Source: an uncultured Alphaproteobacteria bacterium (lineage in GTDB: Bacteria; Pseudomonadota; Alphaproteobacteria; Rhodobacterales; Rhodobacteraceae). Taken from it: a stretch of 64,000 bases of DNA. The notes beneath the pieces are model-generated. The model searched no databases. It had not been told where the DNA came from and worked only from the letters and a program-made list of their open reading frames with translations. This document shows, in pieces, positions 54,021-63,892 of the stretch (the first letter of the stretch is position 1; each line of letters starts with the position of its first letter). The position numbers and the translations under genes are program-made. The DNA lies in contig CAVUWP010000017.1 in assembly GCA_963745085.1 (NCBI GenBank), positions 418,153-482,152 of the forward strand, in the 5' to 3' direction.

Positions 54021-56054
54021 TCAGGCGGGTTCCGGCACGAGGCCCCTGCCCCGCAGCAGCGCCTCGACGCCCGGCATGCGTCCGCGAAAGGCCAGCCAGG
54101 CGTCCTCGGGCTTCTCGCGGCCGCCGGCCGAGAGGATGTGGCGCGCGAGCCTGTCGGCGGTCTCGCGGTCGAACGGATCACCCGTCTCCTCGAAGGCGCG
54201 GAAGGCGTCGGCGTCCAGCACCTCGGACCACATGTAGCTGTAGTAGCCGGCCGAGTAGCCGTCGCCAGAGAAGACGTGCTGGAAGTGCGGCGTCCGGTGG
54301 CGCATGACGATCGCCGTCGGGCATGCCGATCCGGCCAGCAGCTCGGCCTCGAACGCCGCCGGGTCGAAGTCCGAGGGGTCCTCGATCTCGTGCATCTCGA
54401 GGTCGACCAGCGCCGAGGCGACGTACTCGACCGTCTTGAAGCCCTGGTTGAAGGTCGCCGCCGCCTTTATGCGATCGATCAGCTCCATCGGCATCGGCGC
54501 GCCGGTCCGGTGGTGCCGCGCATGCGCCCGGAGGATCTCGGGCGTGCTCAGCCAGTGCTCGTAGAGCTGGCTCGGCAGCTCGACGAAGTCGCGCGCCACC
54601 GCGGTGCCGGCGATGGACGGATATGTCACGTCGGACATCAGCGCGTGCAGCGCATGGCCGAACTCGTGGAACAGCGTCTGCGCGTCGTCCCAGCCGAGCA
54701 GCGGCGGGTGGCCGCGCGCGAAGTTGCAGGTGTTGAGAACGACCGGCCGGCCGGGCTCCCACAGCTTCTGCTGGCCGCGCAGCCCGCTCGCCCAGGCGCC
54801 GGAGCGCTTCGACGCCCTGGCGAAATAGTCGCCGATGAAGAGGCCGAGATGCGCACCGTCCCGCGTCACCTCCCAGGCGCGGGCGTCAGCGTGCGGAAGG
54901 GGCGCCTCGACCGGCGCGAAGGACAGGCCGAAGAGCCGGCCGGCGACGTCGAAGGCGGCGGCGATGACGTTGTCGAGCGCCAGATACGGCTTCATCTCGG
55001 CCTCGTCGAGGTCGTGCAGCCGCTTGCGGAGCCGCTCGGCGTAGTAGCGCCAGTCCCATGGCGCGAGCTCGATGTTGGCGCCCTCCTCGGCGGCCAGCGC
55101 CTGGAGCGCCTGTGCCTCGTCGGCGGCGCGGCGGCGGGCCGGGCCCCAGACCGCCATCAGCAGCTCGCGGGCGCGGTCCGGCGAGGCGGCCATCTCGTCG
55201 TCGAGCTTGAAGCGGGCGAATGTCGCGAAGCCGAGCAGGCGGGCGCGCTCGGCGCGCAGCCGAACGGCCTCTGCCACCAGCGGCCAGTTCGTCGTCTCGC
55301 CGCGCGCCGCCCAGGCGCGGAACGCCGCCTCGCGCAGGTCGCGCCGGGCCGAGAAGGTCATGAAGGGCTCGACCGAGCTGCGGGCCAGCGTGACGACGAA
55401 GCCGGGCAGGCCGCGCCGCGCCGCCTCGTCCCGCGCAGCCTCGACAAAGCTCTCGGGCAGGCCGGCGAGGTCGCCCTCGCCGAGGTCCAGCGTCCATCCG
55501 GCCTCGTCCTTCAGCACGTTCTGCGAGAAGGCGGTGCCGAGCTCGGACAGCCGGCGCATGATCGCCTGCATCCGCGCCCGGCCGGCCTCGTCGAGCCGCG
55601 CGCCGGCGCGGACATAGCGCTTGTGCGCGCGTTCGAGCACCCGGGCCTGCTCGGCCGTCAGATCGCCCCCCGCCCCCCTCGGTGCCGCGACGATCGCCTC
55701 GATCCGCGCGAACATGCGCTGATCGGTCAGCTGGCGGGAGAAGTGCTGGCTGAGCCGCGGGCCGATCTCGCGCTCGATCGCCTGGATCTCGTCGTTCGTG
55801 TCGCTGCCGGCGCGGTTCCAGAAGACGGCGCCGACGCGCGAGAGCAGCCGGCCCGAACGCTCGAGCGCCTCGATCGTGTTGGCGAAGTCCGGCAGCTCGG
55901 GGCTCGTGGCGATGGCCTCGAACTCGGCCTCGTGCTCGGCCAGCGCGGCATCGAAGGCGGGACGGAAGTGCGCAGCCTCGATCAGCTCGAAGCGCGGCAG
56001 GCCGAAGGACCCGTCCCAAGGCGCGATCAGCGGATTGGCCACGGCGCCCGTCAT
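54021..56054 (-). CDS. dcp: M3 family metallopeptidase (peptidyl-dipeptidase Dcp-like)
   Basis: KRSGAW, TLFHEFGHALH, DFVELPSQ, YSAGYYSYMWSEVLDAD. Confidence 0.9.
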   Translation of the reverse strand: MTGAVANPLIAPWDGSFGLPRFELIEAAHFRPAFDAALAEHEAEFEAIATSPELPDFANTIEALERSGRLLSRVGAVFWNRAGSDTNDEIQAIEREIGPRLSQHFSRQLTDQRMFARIEAIVAAPRGAGGDLTAEQARVLERAHKRYVRAGARLDEAGRARMQAIMRRLSELGTAFSQNVLKDEAGWTLDLGEGDLAGLPESFVEAARDEAARRGLPGFVVTLARSSVEPFMTFSARRDLREAAFRAWAARGETTNWPLVAEAVRLRAERARLLGFATFARFKLDDEMAASPDRARELLMAVWGPARRRAADEAQALQALAAEEGANIELAPWDWRYYAERLRKRLHDLDEAEMKPYLALDNVIAAAFDVAGRLFGLSFAPVEAPLPHADARAWEVTRDGAHLGLFIGDYFARASKRSGAWASGLRGQQKLWEPGRPVVLNTCNFARGHPPLLGWDDAQTLFHEFGHALHALMSDVTYPSIAGTAVARDFVELPSQLYEHWLSTPEILRAHARHHRTGAPMPMELIDRIKAAATFNQGFKTVEYVASALVDLEMHEIEDPSDFDPAAFEAELLAGSACPTAIVMRHRTPHFQHVFSGDGYSAGYYSYMWSEVLDADAFRAFEETGDPFDRETADRLARHILSAGGREKPEDAWLAFRGRMPGVEALLRGRGLVPEPA

Positions 56055-56680
56055 TGCATCGCCGTCGAGGGACGGGCGTGCATGCGGGCGCGCCAGCCGT
56101 GCAGGCCGGTCATCTCGGCCGGCACGTCGCGCTTGAGGATGCGCAGGAAGTCGACCGCGACCACGGCGGTGATGTCGGCGATGGTCATTCGGTCGGCGGC
56201 GATCCACTCGCGGTCCCGCAGGCGCTGGTCGAGCTCGGCCAGGCGGCCGTCGATGCGGCCGGCGTTCACCTCGCCCCAGTCCGCGCACTGGTCCTCGAGC
56301 GCCGCCATCATCGGGTTGGTGTGCCGGAAGGCGATGGCGACGGTCATCATCAGACGCAGCTCGACCCGGCGCTGCCAGCTCTCGATGACGGCGGTCTCGA
56401 GCGGGTCGCGGCCCAGCATGTTGGGCTCGGGATGCAGCGCCTCGACATAGCGGCAGATGGCCGGCGCCTCGACCAGCACGGTGCCGTCCGAGAGCTCGAG
56501 CGCCGGCACCTGCGGCACGCCGGTCTTGGCGAGATAGTCCGGCTGCCTGTGCGCACCGTTCAGCAGGTCGACCGGCACGCGCTCGATCTCGAGGCCCTTC
56601 TCGGCGAAGAAGATGTCGGTGCGTCGCGGATTGGGGGCACGGGCCGTGTGGTAGTAGCGGACCGGGTGCGGCAGATCCAT
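56051..56680 (-). CDS. Glutathione S-transferase family protein
   Basis: APNPRR, VPALEL..G..L.E..AICRY, TIADI; ATGA overlap with dcp. Confidence 0.88.
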   Translation of the reverse strand: MDLPHPVRYYHTARAPNPRRTDIFFAEKGLEIERVPVDLLNGAHRQPDYLAKTGVPQVPALELSDGTVLVEAPAICRYVEALHPEPNMLGRDPLETAVIESWQRRVELRLMMTVAIAFRHTNPMMAALEDQCADWGEVNAGRIDGRLAELDQRLRDREWIAADRMTIADITAVVAVDFLRILKRDVPAEMTGLHGWRARMHARPSTAMQ

Positions 56681-56874
56681 CTGGCAATTCCTTTGCGAGG
56701 CCTGGGGCGCACGCTAGGGCGGAGACGGCCATCCGCCAAGGATGCCTCTCCGCGCGCGGGGCCGGGGCTCAGCCAAGGCTCGTCCCGCGCCCGCAGACGA
56801 AGAAGGTGTCGGCCGCGGAGATGGCCGAGGTGTCGGCATGACGCCCGGAGGCGGCCACGCCATCGCGAAGCCGG

Positions 56875-57735
56875 TCAGGCGTTGCGCCGCCTGTGGCTGC
56901 CGACCAGGCCCCGTCCGACCAGGCCCCGTCCGACTAGGCCCAGTGCGCCCAGGCCTGCCAGGAGCAGGGGCAGCGTCGCCGGCACGGGCACTTCCGACGG
57001 AGTGGTCGGGTTGAAGTCGGCGTCGAGGCCCAGGATGCCGTTGATCTCGTTGTCTCCGTCCGCCTGCAACGCTCCCGGACCGCCCCAGATGATCGAGGCA
57101 TAGCGGAAGGTCGCACTGCTGCCGGTGCCGACGGCGTAGCTGAAGCCGTCCCACTTTATGTTGGTGTTCGGCATGAAGCCCTCGAGCCAGACCCGCTCGG
57201 TGACCGCCTGAGTCCAGTTCGTCTGGTCGTTCGATAGATAGACCGTGGACTCGATCGCCTCCTGCGGCAACGGACCGTGGTCGATGGTGTTGAAGATCGC
57301 GGCCTTGGTCGCCGGAGCGCCGAGATCCCAGACCGCATGGCCGACCGTGTTGTCGGTCTGCACCCAGAGAGCGTCCACGGCGCCCCCCGCCTGCTGCGGT
57401 GTTCCGCCCGGCTGGATATAGGCGTAGCTGCCGGTGCCCGTCATGTCGGTCGACTGGCCAGTGCCGCCGATGCCAACTGCCGAGATCAGCGGCGCCGCGG
57501 TGGCGCCCGACGCGCTGAATATGCCGTCGTCGAGCAGTTGCTGGTCGATGACCTGCTGCCGCGTCACGGCGTCGTCGGTCCCGAAGAACAACTGGGCAAA
57601 GGTGCCCACGCTCGCCCCCTGCCAGCTCCTCGCATCGTTCGGGTCAGTGACGAGCGCCGCGGAGGCGGCGGAAGCAGTCAGGAGACATGCTCCCAGAGCG
57701 CCCGCAAGCGCGGCGGTTCGGAAATCGTGAGACAA
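56875..57735 (-). CDS. VPLPA-CTERM/PEP-CTERM surface protein
   Basis: TTG start after a GAGGGAG site, signal peptide, tail VPVPATLPLLLAGLGALGL...RRR. Confidence 0.8.
   Translation of the reverse strand: MSHDFRTAALAGALGACLLTASAASAALVTDPNDARSWQGASVGTFAQLFFGTDDAVTRQQVIDQQLLDDGIFSASGATAAPLISAVGIGGTGQSTDMTGTGSYAYIQPGGTPQQAGGAVDALWVQTDNTVGHAVWDLGAPATKAAIFNTIDHGPLPQEAIESTVYLSNDQTNWTQAVTERVWLEGFMPNTNIKWDGFSYAVGTGSSATFRYASIIWGGPGALQADGDNEINGILGLDADFNPTTPSEVPVPATLPLLLAGLGALGLVGRGLVGRGLVGSHRRRNA
56900..56941. repeat. About three copies of 15-bp CCGACCAGGCCCCGT encoding GLVGR repeats in the sorting tail
   Basis: Units start at 56900, 56915 and 56930. Confidence 0.85.
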
Positions 57736-57845
57736 TTCTTCGCTCCCTCGTGATGGGACACCGCAGCGGTATCCGACCGCCCGCGAGGATGTCCGCCCGC
57801 GATCAGCCCTCGGCAATAATATTTCGGGAACGCGAAACTTTGCGC

Positions 57846-57875
57846 ATTCTATGGCTCTTCTAGCACTCCGGTCAA
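57846..57875 (-). promoter_or_regulatory. Candidate sigma70 promoter of the VPLPA-CTERM gene
   Basis: TTGACC-N18-TAGAAT on the minus strand in an AT-richer intergenic region. Confidence 0.4.
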
Positions 57876-58095
57876 GCAACATGCTTTCTCGGGCGGTCGG
57901 AACACGTGCAGAGCGGTTGCGCATGACGATGGCCGCAGCATGGGCCGCGTTGTTTTGCCTCCTAGGCGCGGTCCGGGGCCGCGGCTCGAGGGCCGGCGTC
58001 CGCGACGACCGCCGGATCGGCGCGCCGGTGCCGTGGAACGAGGACGCAGACGAACGCATATGCGCAGGATATATTGCGACAGGAGACCACGACCT

Positions 58096-58959
58096 ATGCT
58101 GCGGACCCTAAGGCCCCTCGCCCTCGCCTTCGCCGCCACGCTGGCGGTCGCCGGCTGCGAGCCGACGGCGCAGAACACGCCGCAGTCGCTGGCGCAGGAG
58201 CGCGCGCAGAGCCAGCAGCTGGTGCGCCAGCTCGAGGCCAAGAACATGCTGGTCGAGGACCGGGCGCTGAACAGCTATGTCGGCAGCGTGGTCGACCGCA
58301 TCGAGCGGACGCGCCCGCCGGGCTCGGTGCCGATCCAGCCCTACATCATCAAGGATGCCGACGTGAACGCCTTCACGCCGGGCGGCGGCTATCTCTTCGT
58401 CAATGCCGGGCTGATTGCGGCGATGGAGAACGAGGCGCAGTTCGCGACAGTCATCGCGCACGAGATCGGCCATATCGACCGGGGCCACATCCAGGCCGGA
58501 CAGGCGACCCGGACTGGCGTGCAGCTGGGCGCCGCGGCGGCGCAGATCGGCGGCGCGCTGCTGGGCATCGACCCGAACCTGACGCAGCTCGGCGTCGGCC
58601 TCGGCGCGCAGGCCGCGGTCAGCTCGTTCACGCGGACGCAGGAGCGCGACGCCGACCTGACCGGCGTGCGCTATGTCGCGGCGGCGGGCTATGACGCCGA
58701 CGAGGGCGCGCGGTCGTTCGAGGTGCTGCGCCGGCTCTACGGCGACGGCGGCGTGGCCTTCCTGAACTCGCACCCGCCGACCGGCGAGCGCCAGCAGGCG
58801 CTGACCCAGGCGGCTGTCGAGCTGGGTGCCACGCAGGGCTATGTCGGGGAAGCCGAGTACGACCGGGCCACGCAGCCGCTGCGCCAGGCGGCGCTGCAGT
58901 ACTACGAAAGCGCCGGGCGCGACCGCGAGGCGGCGCAGGTCCGACAGAACCTGCGCTAG
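58096..58959 (+). CDS. M48 family zinc metalloprotease lipoprotein
   Basis: VAG-C lipobox, VNAF..PGG, AHEIGH, QERDAD, FLNSHP. Confidence 0.9.
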   Translation: MLRTLRPLALAFAATLAVAGCEPTAQNTPQSLAQERAQSQQLVRQLEAKNMLVEDRALNSYVGSVVDRIERTRPPGSVPIQPYIIKDADVNAFTPGGGYLFVNAGLIAAMENEAQFATVIAHEIGHIDRGHIQAGQATRTGVQLGAAAAQIGGALLGIDPNLTQLGVGLGAQAAVSSFTRTQERDADLTGVRYVAAAGYDADEGARSFEVLRRLYGDGGVAFLNSHPPTGERQQALTQAAVELGATQGYVGEAEYDRATQPLRQAALQYYESAGRDREAAQVRQNLR

Positions 58960-59166
58960 AAAGGGCTCCACCCCTTTCGTCGCGTTCCGCGCCCGACCGA
59001 ACCGCGCGGGTTCCCACGGCCCGAGCGGCGGGCCAGCGTGCCGCGGAGTGCACCCCGTCGTCGCCCCGTGGTGTGGCTGGGCGTCGCGATCGGTGCCCGC
59101 AGCCTTGCCCGGAGGCGGCCGGTGAAGGTACACGCGACGCCGAGCCATGCAGGACGGAGACCCGAA

Positions 59167-60765
59167 ATGCCTTTGCTGAGCCGCCGCGGCTTTCTCGGAT
59201 CTTCCATCGCGGGAATGGCGCTCGCCGGGGGCGAGAGTCTCGGCCGGCCGTTGGAGGACGGGCCGCTCAGACTGGGCGCGCCGCAGCCATTCACCTTCGA
59301 CGACCTCGTCGAACGCGCCCGCGATCTCGCCGCCAAGCCCTACCGGCCGCCCGAGATCGTCGCGCCGAAGGTGCTCGACCGCATCGACTATACCGCGCAC
59401 TGGAAGATCCGCTTCCGCAACGCGGCGACGGTCACGCCGCCCGGAACCGACGCGAAGGTGCAGTTCTTCCATCCGGGCCGGTACTTCCGCGAGCCAGTGG
59501 CGATCCACCTCCGGCAGGACGGCATCGCGCGCGAGGTACTCTACTCCGAGAGCTTCTACGAGATCCCCGCCGACAGCCCGGCACACGATCTGCCCCCCGG
59601 CGTGGGCTTTGCCGGGTTCCGCGTGATGCGGCCCGGGCTCGGGCCGGACTGGGTCTCGTTTCTCGGCGCCAGCTATTTCCGCGCCGACGGCCCGTTCGTG
59701 CAGTACGGCCTTTCGACGCGGGGGCTGGCGATCGACACCGGGCTCTCGACCCCGGAGGAATTTCCCAGGTTCAGCGCCTTCTGGCTGGGTGCGCCGGAGG
59801 ACCCGGGCGACCAGCTGGGCGTCTGGGCGCTTCTCGAAAGCGCGTCTGTGGTCGGCGCCTACCGCTTCGGCCTGCGTCGCGGCTCGCCGGGCGCGCCATC
59901 GTTCGTCACGACCCGTGCGCGCCTGTTCTTCCGCGACGCGGTCGAGCGGCTCGGCATCGCGCCGCTCACCAGCATGTACTGGTACTCGCAGCGCGACCGG
60001 ATCGTCGCCGACGACTGGCGACCGGAGGTGCACGACAGCGACGGCCTCGCCATCGCGACCGGCTGGGGCGAGCGCATCTGGCGCCCGCTGATGAACCCGG
60101 ACGTGACGCGCACGTCGAGCTATGTCGACGCCGACCCGCAGGGTTTCGGGCTGATCCAGCGCGACCGCCGGTTCGAGAGCTATGAGGATGACGGCGCCTT
60201 CTACAACCGGCGCCCCTCCGCCTGGGTCGAGCCGCTCGCCAGATGGGGTGCCGGCGCGGTGCAGCTCGTCGAGATTCCGACCAAGGACGAGACCTTCGAC
60301 AACGTCGTTGCCTACTGGTCGCCGGAGAGGCAGCCGCAGGCGGGAGACACCCTCAGCCTGGACTACAGGCTGCACTGGGTCGACCGGGACCCGCTGCCGG
60401 CCACGGTCGCGAGCGTCTGGTCCACCTGGCAGGGCCAGGGCGGGCGGCCTGGCCAGCCGATCCCGGAGGGCATCGACAAGATGGTGATCGATTTCGAGGG
60501 CGACGCCCTCGACGGGCTCGACGCCGACAGCGGGGTCGAGCCCGTCGTCGAGGCGCGCAACGGGCGGGTCGTCGCCGGGCTGGTCGCTACCTGGCCGGTC
60601 GCCGACACCGGCCGCTGGCGGCTGAGCTTCGACTTCGCAAGCGATCCGCACGCCAGCGACCCCGTCGAGATCCGCGCATGGCTGAGACTGAACGGCGACG
60701 CGATTACCGAGACCTGGCTCGGGCAGGCGGTGACCGACCGCAGCGGCGCGAGCAAGCAGGGCTGA
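59167..60765 (+). CDS. opgD: Periplasmic glucan biosynthesis protein OpgD/OpgG family, Tat-exported
   Basis: SRRGFL twin-arginine signal, FLGASYFR, YGLSTRGLA, RPEVHDSDGL, DETFDNVVAYW. Confidence 0.85.
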   Translation: MPLLSRRGFLGSSIAGMALAGGESLGRPLEDGPLRLGAPQPFTFDDLVERARDLAAKPYRPPEIVAPKVLDRIDYTAHWKIRFRNAATVTPPGTDAKVQFFHPGRYFREPVAIHLRQDGIAREVLYSESFYEIPADSPAHDLPPGVGFAGFRVMRPGLGPDWVSFLGASYFRADGPFVQYGLSTRGLAIDTGLSTPEEFPRFSAFWLGAPEDPGDQLGVWALLESASVVGAYRFGLRRGSPGAPSFVTTRARLFFRDAVERLGIAPLTSMYWYSQRDRIVADDWRPEVHDSDGLAIATGWGERIWRPLMNPDVTRTSSYVDADPQGFGLIQRDRRFESYEDDGAFYNRRPSAWVEPLARWGAGAVQLVEIPTKDETFDNVVAYWSPERQPQAGDTLSLDYRLHWVDRDPLPATVASVWSTWQGQGGRPGQPIPEGIDKMVIDFEGDALDGLDADSGVEPVVEARNGRVVAGLVATWPVADTGRWRLSFDFASDPHASDPVEIRAWLRLNGDAITETWLGQAVTDRSGASKQG

Positions 60766-60800
60766 AGGAGGGCCGGACGCGGCATCGACGCCGCGTCGCC

Positions 60801-60832
60801 TGCCAGCCCGATTGCCAGCCCGATTGCCAGCC
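60801..60832. repeat. About 2.7 copies of 12-bp TGCCAGCCCGAT upstream of pyrB
   Basis: Units start at 60801, 60813 and 60825. Confidence 0.75.
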
Positions 60833-60894
60833 GGAGCGAGCACGCCTTGCCGGCGGGCCGGGTGCCGCCTAAAAGCGGCGCCGGAGGGCTCGCG

Positions 60895-61836
60895 ATGTTC
60901 AGACACAGCCATCTGCTGGGGATTGCGACGCTCAAGGCGCCAGACATCCGGGCGATCCTCGAGCGGGCCGAGCGCTATGTCGAGCTGAACCGGCGACGCG
61001 AGAAGCACCCCGGAATGTACGGGGACGTGCTGCGCGGGCTGACGCAGATCAACCTGTTCTTCGAGGCATCGACCAGGACGATGGCGAGCTTCGAGCTGGC
61101 CGGCAAGCGGCTGGGCGCCGACGTGATGAACATGGCCGTGCAGGCCTCGTCGATCCAGAAGGGCGAGACGCTGATCGACACCGCGCTGACGCTGAACGCC
61201 ATGCGGCCGGACCTGCTGGTCGTCCGCCACCCCAGCTCGGGCGCCGTGGCGCTGCTGGCGCAGAAGGTGAACTGCTCGGTGCTGAACGCCGGCGACGGGC
61301 GGCACGAGCACCCGACCCAGGCGCTGCTCGACGCGCTGACGATCCGGCGCGCCAAGAAGCACGTGCACCGGCGCATCGTCGCGATCTGCGGCGACATCGC
61401 CAACAGCCGCGTGGCGCGCTCGAACATCCTGTGCCTGAACGCGCTCGACGCCCGCGTCCGCGTCATCGCGCCGCCCACCCTGCTGCCGGCGGGGATCGAG
61501 CGTTTCGGCGTCGAGGTGTTCACCGACATGGAGGCCGGCCTGAAGGACGTCGACGTCGTGATGATGCTGCGCGTCCAGAAGGAGCGGCTGGAGGGCGCGG
61601 CCATCCCGTCGACGCGCGAGTACTTCCACCTCTACGGGCTGACGCGCGAGAAACTGGCGCTGGCGGCGCCCGACGCGATCGTCATGCATCCGGGGCCGAT
61701 GAACCGCGGCGTCGAGATCGACGCCGAGCTCGCCGACGACGTGCAGCGCAGCGTCATCCGCGACCAGGTCGAAATGGGTGTCGCCGTGCGCATGGCCTGC
61801 ATGGAGCTGCTGGCCGGCAGCCGGGCGAACGCGTGA
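60895..61836 (+). CDS. pyrB: Aspartate carbamoyltransferase catalytic subunit
   Basis: [38 protein letters not shown]. Confidence 0.96.
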   Translation: MFRHSHLLGIATLKAPDIRAILERAERYVELNRRREKHPGMYGDVLRGLTQINLFFEASTRTMASFELAGKRLGADVMNMAVQASSIQKGETLIDTALTLNAMRPDLLVVRHPSSGAVALLAQKVNCSVLNAGDGRHEHPTQALLDALTIRRAKKHVHRRIVAICGDIANSRVARSNILCLNALDARVRVIAPPTLLPAGIERFGVEVFTDMEAGLKDVDVVMMLRVQKERLEGAAIPSTREYFHLYGLTREKLALAAPDAIVMHPGPMNRGVEIDAELADDVQRSVIRDQVEMGVAVRMACMELLAGSRANA

Positions 61837-61909
61837 CCGCGCGGCGCGAACGCATCCGGCGCCGCAGCCGGCGCCGGCCCGGCCCGGCCGAGCGGCCGCC
61901 CCCGCGCGC

Positions 61910-63187
61910 ATGACGCTGCACCTCGTCAATGCGCGGTTGATCGACCCGGAGGGCTATGACGGCCCGGGCGCGCTCCGCGTCGTCGATGGCGTCATCGAGG
62001 AGGTGGTGCGCGGCGCCTCGCCGGCGCCCGGCGAGGGACAGGTGGTCGACTGCGGCGGCCTGCCGCTGGCCCCCGGCATCGTCGACATGCGCGTCTTCGT
62101 CGGCGAGCCCGGCGCGCGTCACCGCAAGTCGTTCCGCTCGGCCGGCGCGGCGGCGGCGGCCGGGGGGATCACCACCGTGGCGACCCAGCCCGACACCCAG
62201 CCGCCGCTGGACGACCCGGCGCTGGTGGAATTCGTCCTCGCCCGCGCGCGCGACGTCACCGCGGTCCGCGTCCACGTCATGGCGGCGCTGACCCGCGGGC
62301 TCGCCGGCGCCGAGATGACCGAGCAGCGCTTCCTGCTGGATGCCGGGGCGCTGGCGCTGACCGATGCCGACCGGCCGGTCGCCGATAGCCGGCTGATGCG
62401 CGCGATCATGACCTATGCGCGCGGCCAGGGCGCGCTGGTCGTCCACCATTGCCAGGATCCGGCGCTGTCGAAGGGGGCCTGCGCCACCGCCGGCGAGTTC
62501 GCTTCGCGGCTCGGCCTGCCGGCCGCCCCGGCGGTGGCCGAGCGGATCATGCTGGAGCGCGACCTCGCTCTGGTCGAGTCGACCGGCGTCCGCTACCACG
62601 CCGACCAGGTGACGACCGCGAGCGCGCTGGCGGCGCTGCGCCGCGCCAAGGAGGCCGGGCTGCCGGTCACGGCGGCGACCTCGATCCACCACCTGACGCT
62701 GAACGAGTTCGACATCGCCGACTATCGCACCTTCTTCAAGCTGACGCCGCCGCTCAGCGTCCGAGGCCGACCGCGAGGCGGTCGTCGAGGCGCTCGCCGA
62801 GGGGCTGATCGACACCGTCGTCTCGTCGCATCTGCCGCAGGACGAGGAGGCCAAGCGGCTGCCCTTCGAGGAGGCGGCAACCGGCGCCGTCGGGCTCGAG
62901 ACCTTCCTGCCGGCCTGCCTGCGGCTGGTGCATGGCGGGTCGCTGGATCTGGTGACGCTGTTCCAGCGGGTGTCGCGCGCGCCTGCGAGGATGCTCGGGC
63001 TGCCGGGCGGACGGCTGGCGCGGGGCGCGCCCGCGGACCTGGTGCTGTTCGACCCGGATGCGCCCTTCGTGCTGAACCGCGAGAAGCTGCGCTCGCGATC
63101 GAAGAACACGCCCTTCGACCGGACGCGGATGCAGGGCCGCGTCATCGGCACCTTTGTCGGCGGCCGGCTGGTCTACGAGGGCAGTGA
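61910..63187 (+). CDS. pyrC: Dihydroorotase-like protein, probably inactive PyrC', one frameshift
   Basis: PGIVDMRVFVGEPG, AAGGITT, SKNTPF; HxH metal ligands absent. Confidence 0.88.
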   Translation: MTLHLVNARLIDPEGYDGPGALRVVDGVIEEVVRGASPAPGEGQVVDCGGLPLAPGIVDMRVFVGEPGARHRKSFRSAGAAAAAGGITTVATQPDTQPPLDDPALVEFVLARARDVTAVRVHVMAALTRGLAGAEMTEQRFLLDAGALALTDADRPVADSRLMRAIMTYARGQGALVVHHCQDPALSKGACATAGEFASRLGLPAAPAVAERIMLERDLALVESTGVRYHADQVTTASALAALRRAKEAGLPVTAATSIHHLTLNEFDIADYRTFFKLTPPLSVRGRPRGGRRGARRGADRHRRLVASAAGRGGQAAALRGGGNRRRRARDLPAGLPAAGAWRVAGSGDAVPAGVARACEDARAAGRTAGAGRARGPGAVRPGCALRAEPREAALAIEEHALRPDADAGPRHRHLCRRPAGLRGQ

Positions 63188-63823
63188 TGCTGCATGACGT
63201 CATGGCGTGGGAGCGGGCGCTGCCTTGGCTGGGGCTGGCCTTCGCCTGCGGCTATCTGGTCGGCTCGGTCCCGGTCGGCCTGATCACCGCGCGGCTTTTC
63301 GGCATCGTCGATCCGCGCAGCATCGGCTCGGGCAATATCGGCGCGACCAACGTCCTGCGCACCGGCAGCAAGCGCGCCGCCGCGGTGACCCTGCTGCTCG
63401 ACATGGCCAAGGGAGCGGTGCCGGTGCTGGTCTTCCTCGGCCAATGGGGGGACCTGGCGGCGCAGGCGGCGGGGTTGGGCGCGGTCATCGGCCACACGCT
63501 GCCGGTCTGGCTGCGCTTCCGCGGCGGCAAGGGCGTGGCGACGTTCCTCGGCGTCGCGCTCGGGCTCTACCCGCCGGCCGGGGCGCTGGTCTGCGCGACC
63601 TGGCTGGCGGCGGCCTTCCTCAGCCGCATCTCGTCGGTCGGCGCGCTGGCCGCCGCTGCCTCGGCGCCGGTCTGGTTCTGATCTTCTCGACCGGCCCGAG
63701 GCGGTCGTGGTGGTCGCGGCGCTCGCCGTCTGGGTCTGGCTGCGCCACGCCGCCAACATCGGTCGGCTGCTGCGCGGCGCCGAGCCGCGGATCGGCGCCG
63801 GCGGGCACCGGCAGGACATTTAA
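63187..63823 (+). CDS. plsY: Glycerol-3-phosphate acyltransferase, frameshifted near the 3' end
   Basis: YLVGSVP, GSGNIGATNVLR, GH..PVWLRFRGGKGVAT, RH..NI.RL..G.E. Confidence 0.92.
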
Positions 63824-63835
63824 CCGCACTTTAAC
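63820..63835 (+). promoter_or_regulatory. Full CtrA binding site
   Basis: TTAA-ccgcact-TTAAC, exact TTAA-N7-TTAAC match in very GC-rich DNA. Confidence 0.7.
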
Positions 63836-63892
63836 CGCAGTCACCGCCTGATGGCTCCGATCCGGAGAGAGGACCGGGAAAGAGGGGGCTGC

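Noticed and set aside
58108..61929. 1273-aa minus-strand ORF and similar long antisense ORFs (25433-27622, 54138-56450, 2532-4100)
   Set aside because: Shadow frames of real genes caused by stop-codon scarcity in GC-rich DNA; no recognisable motifs
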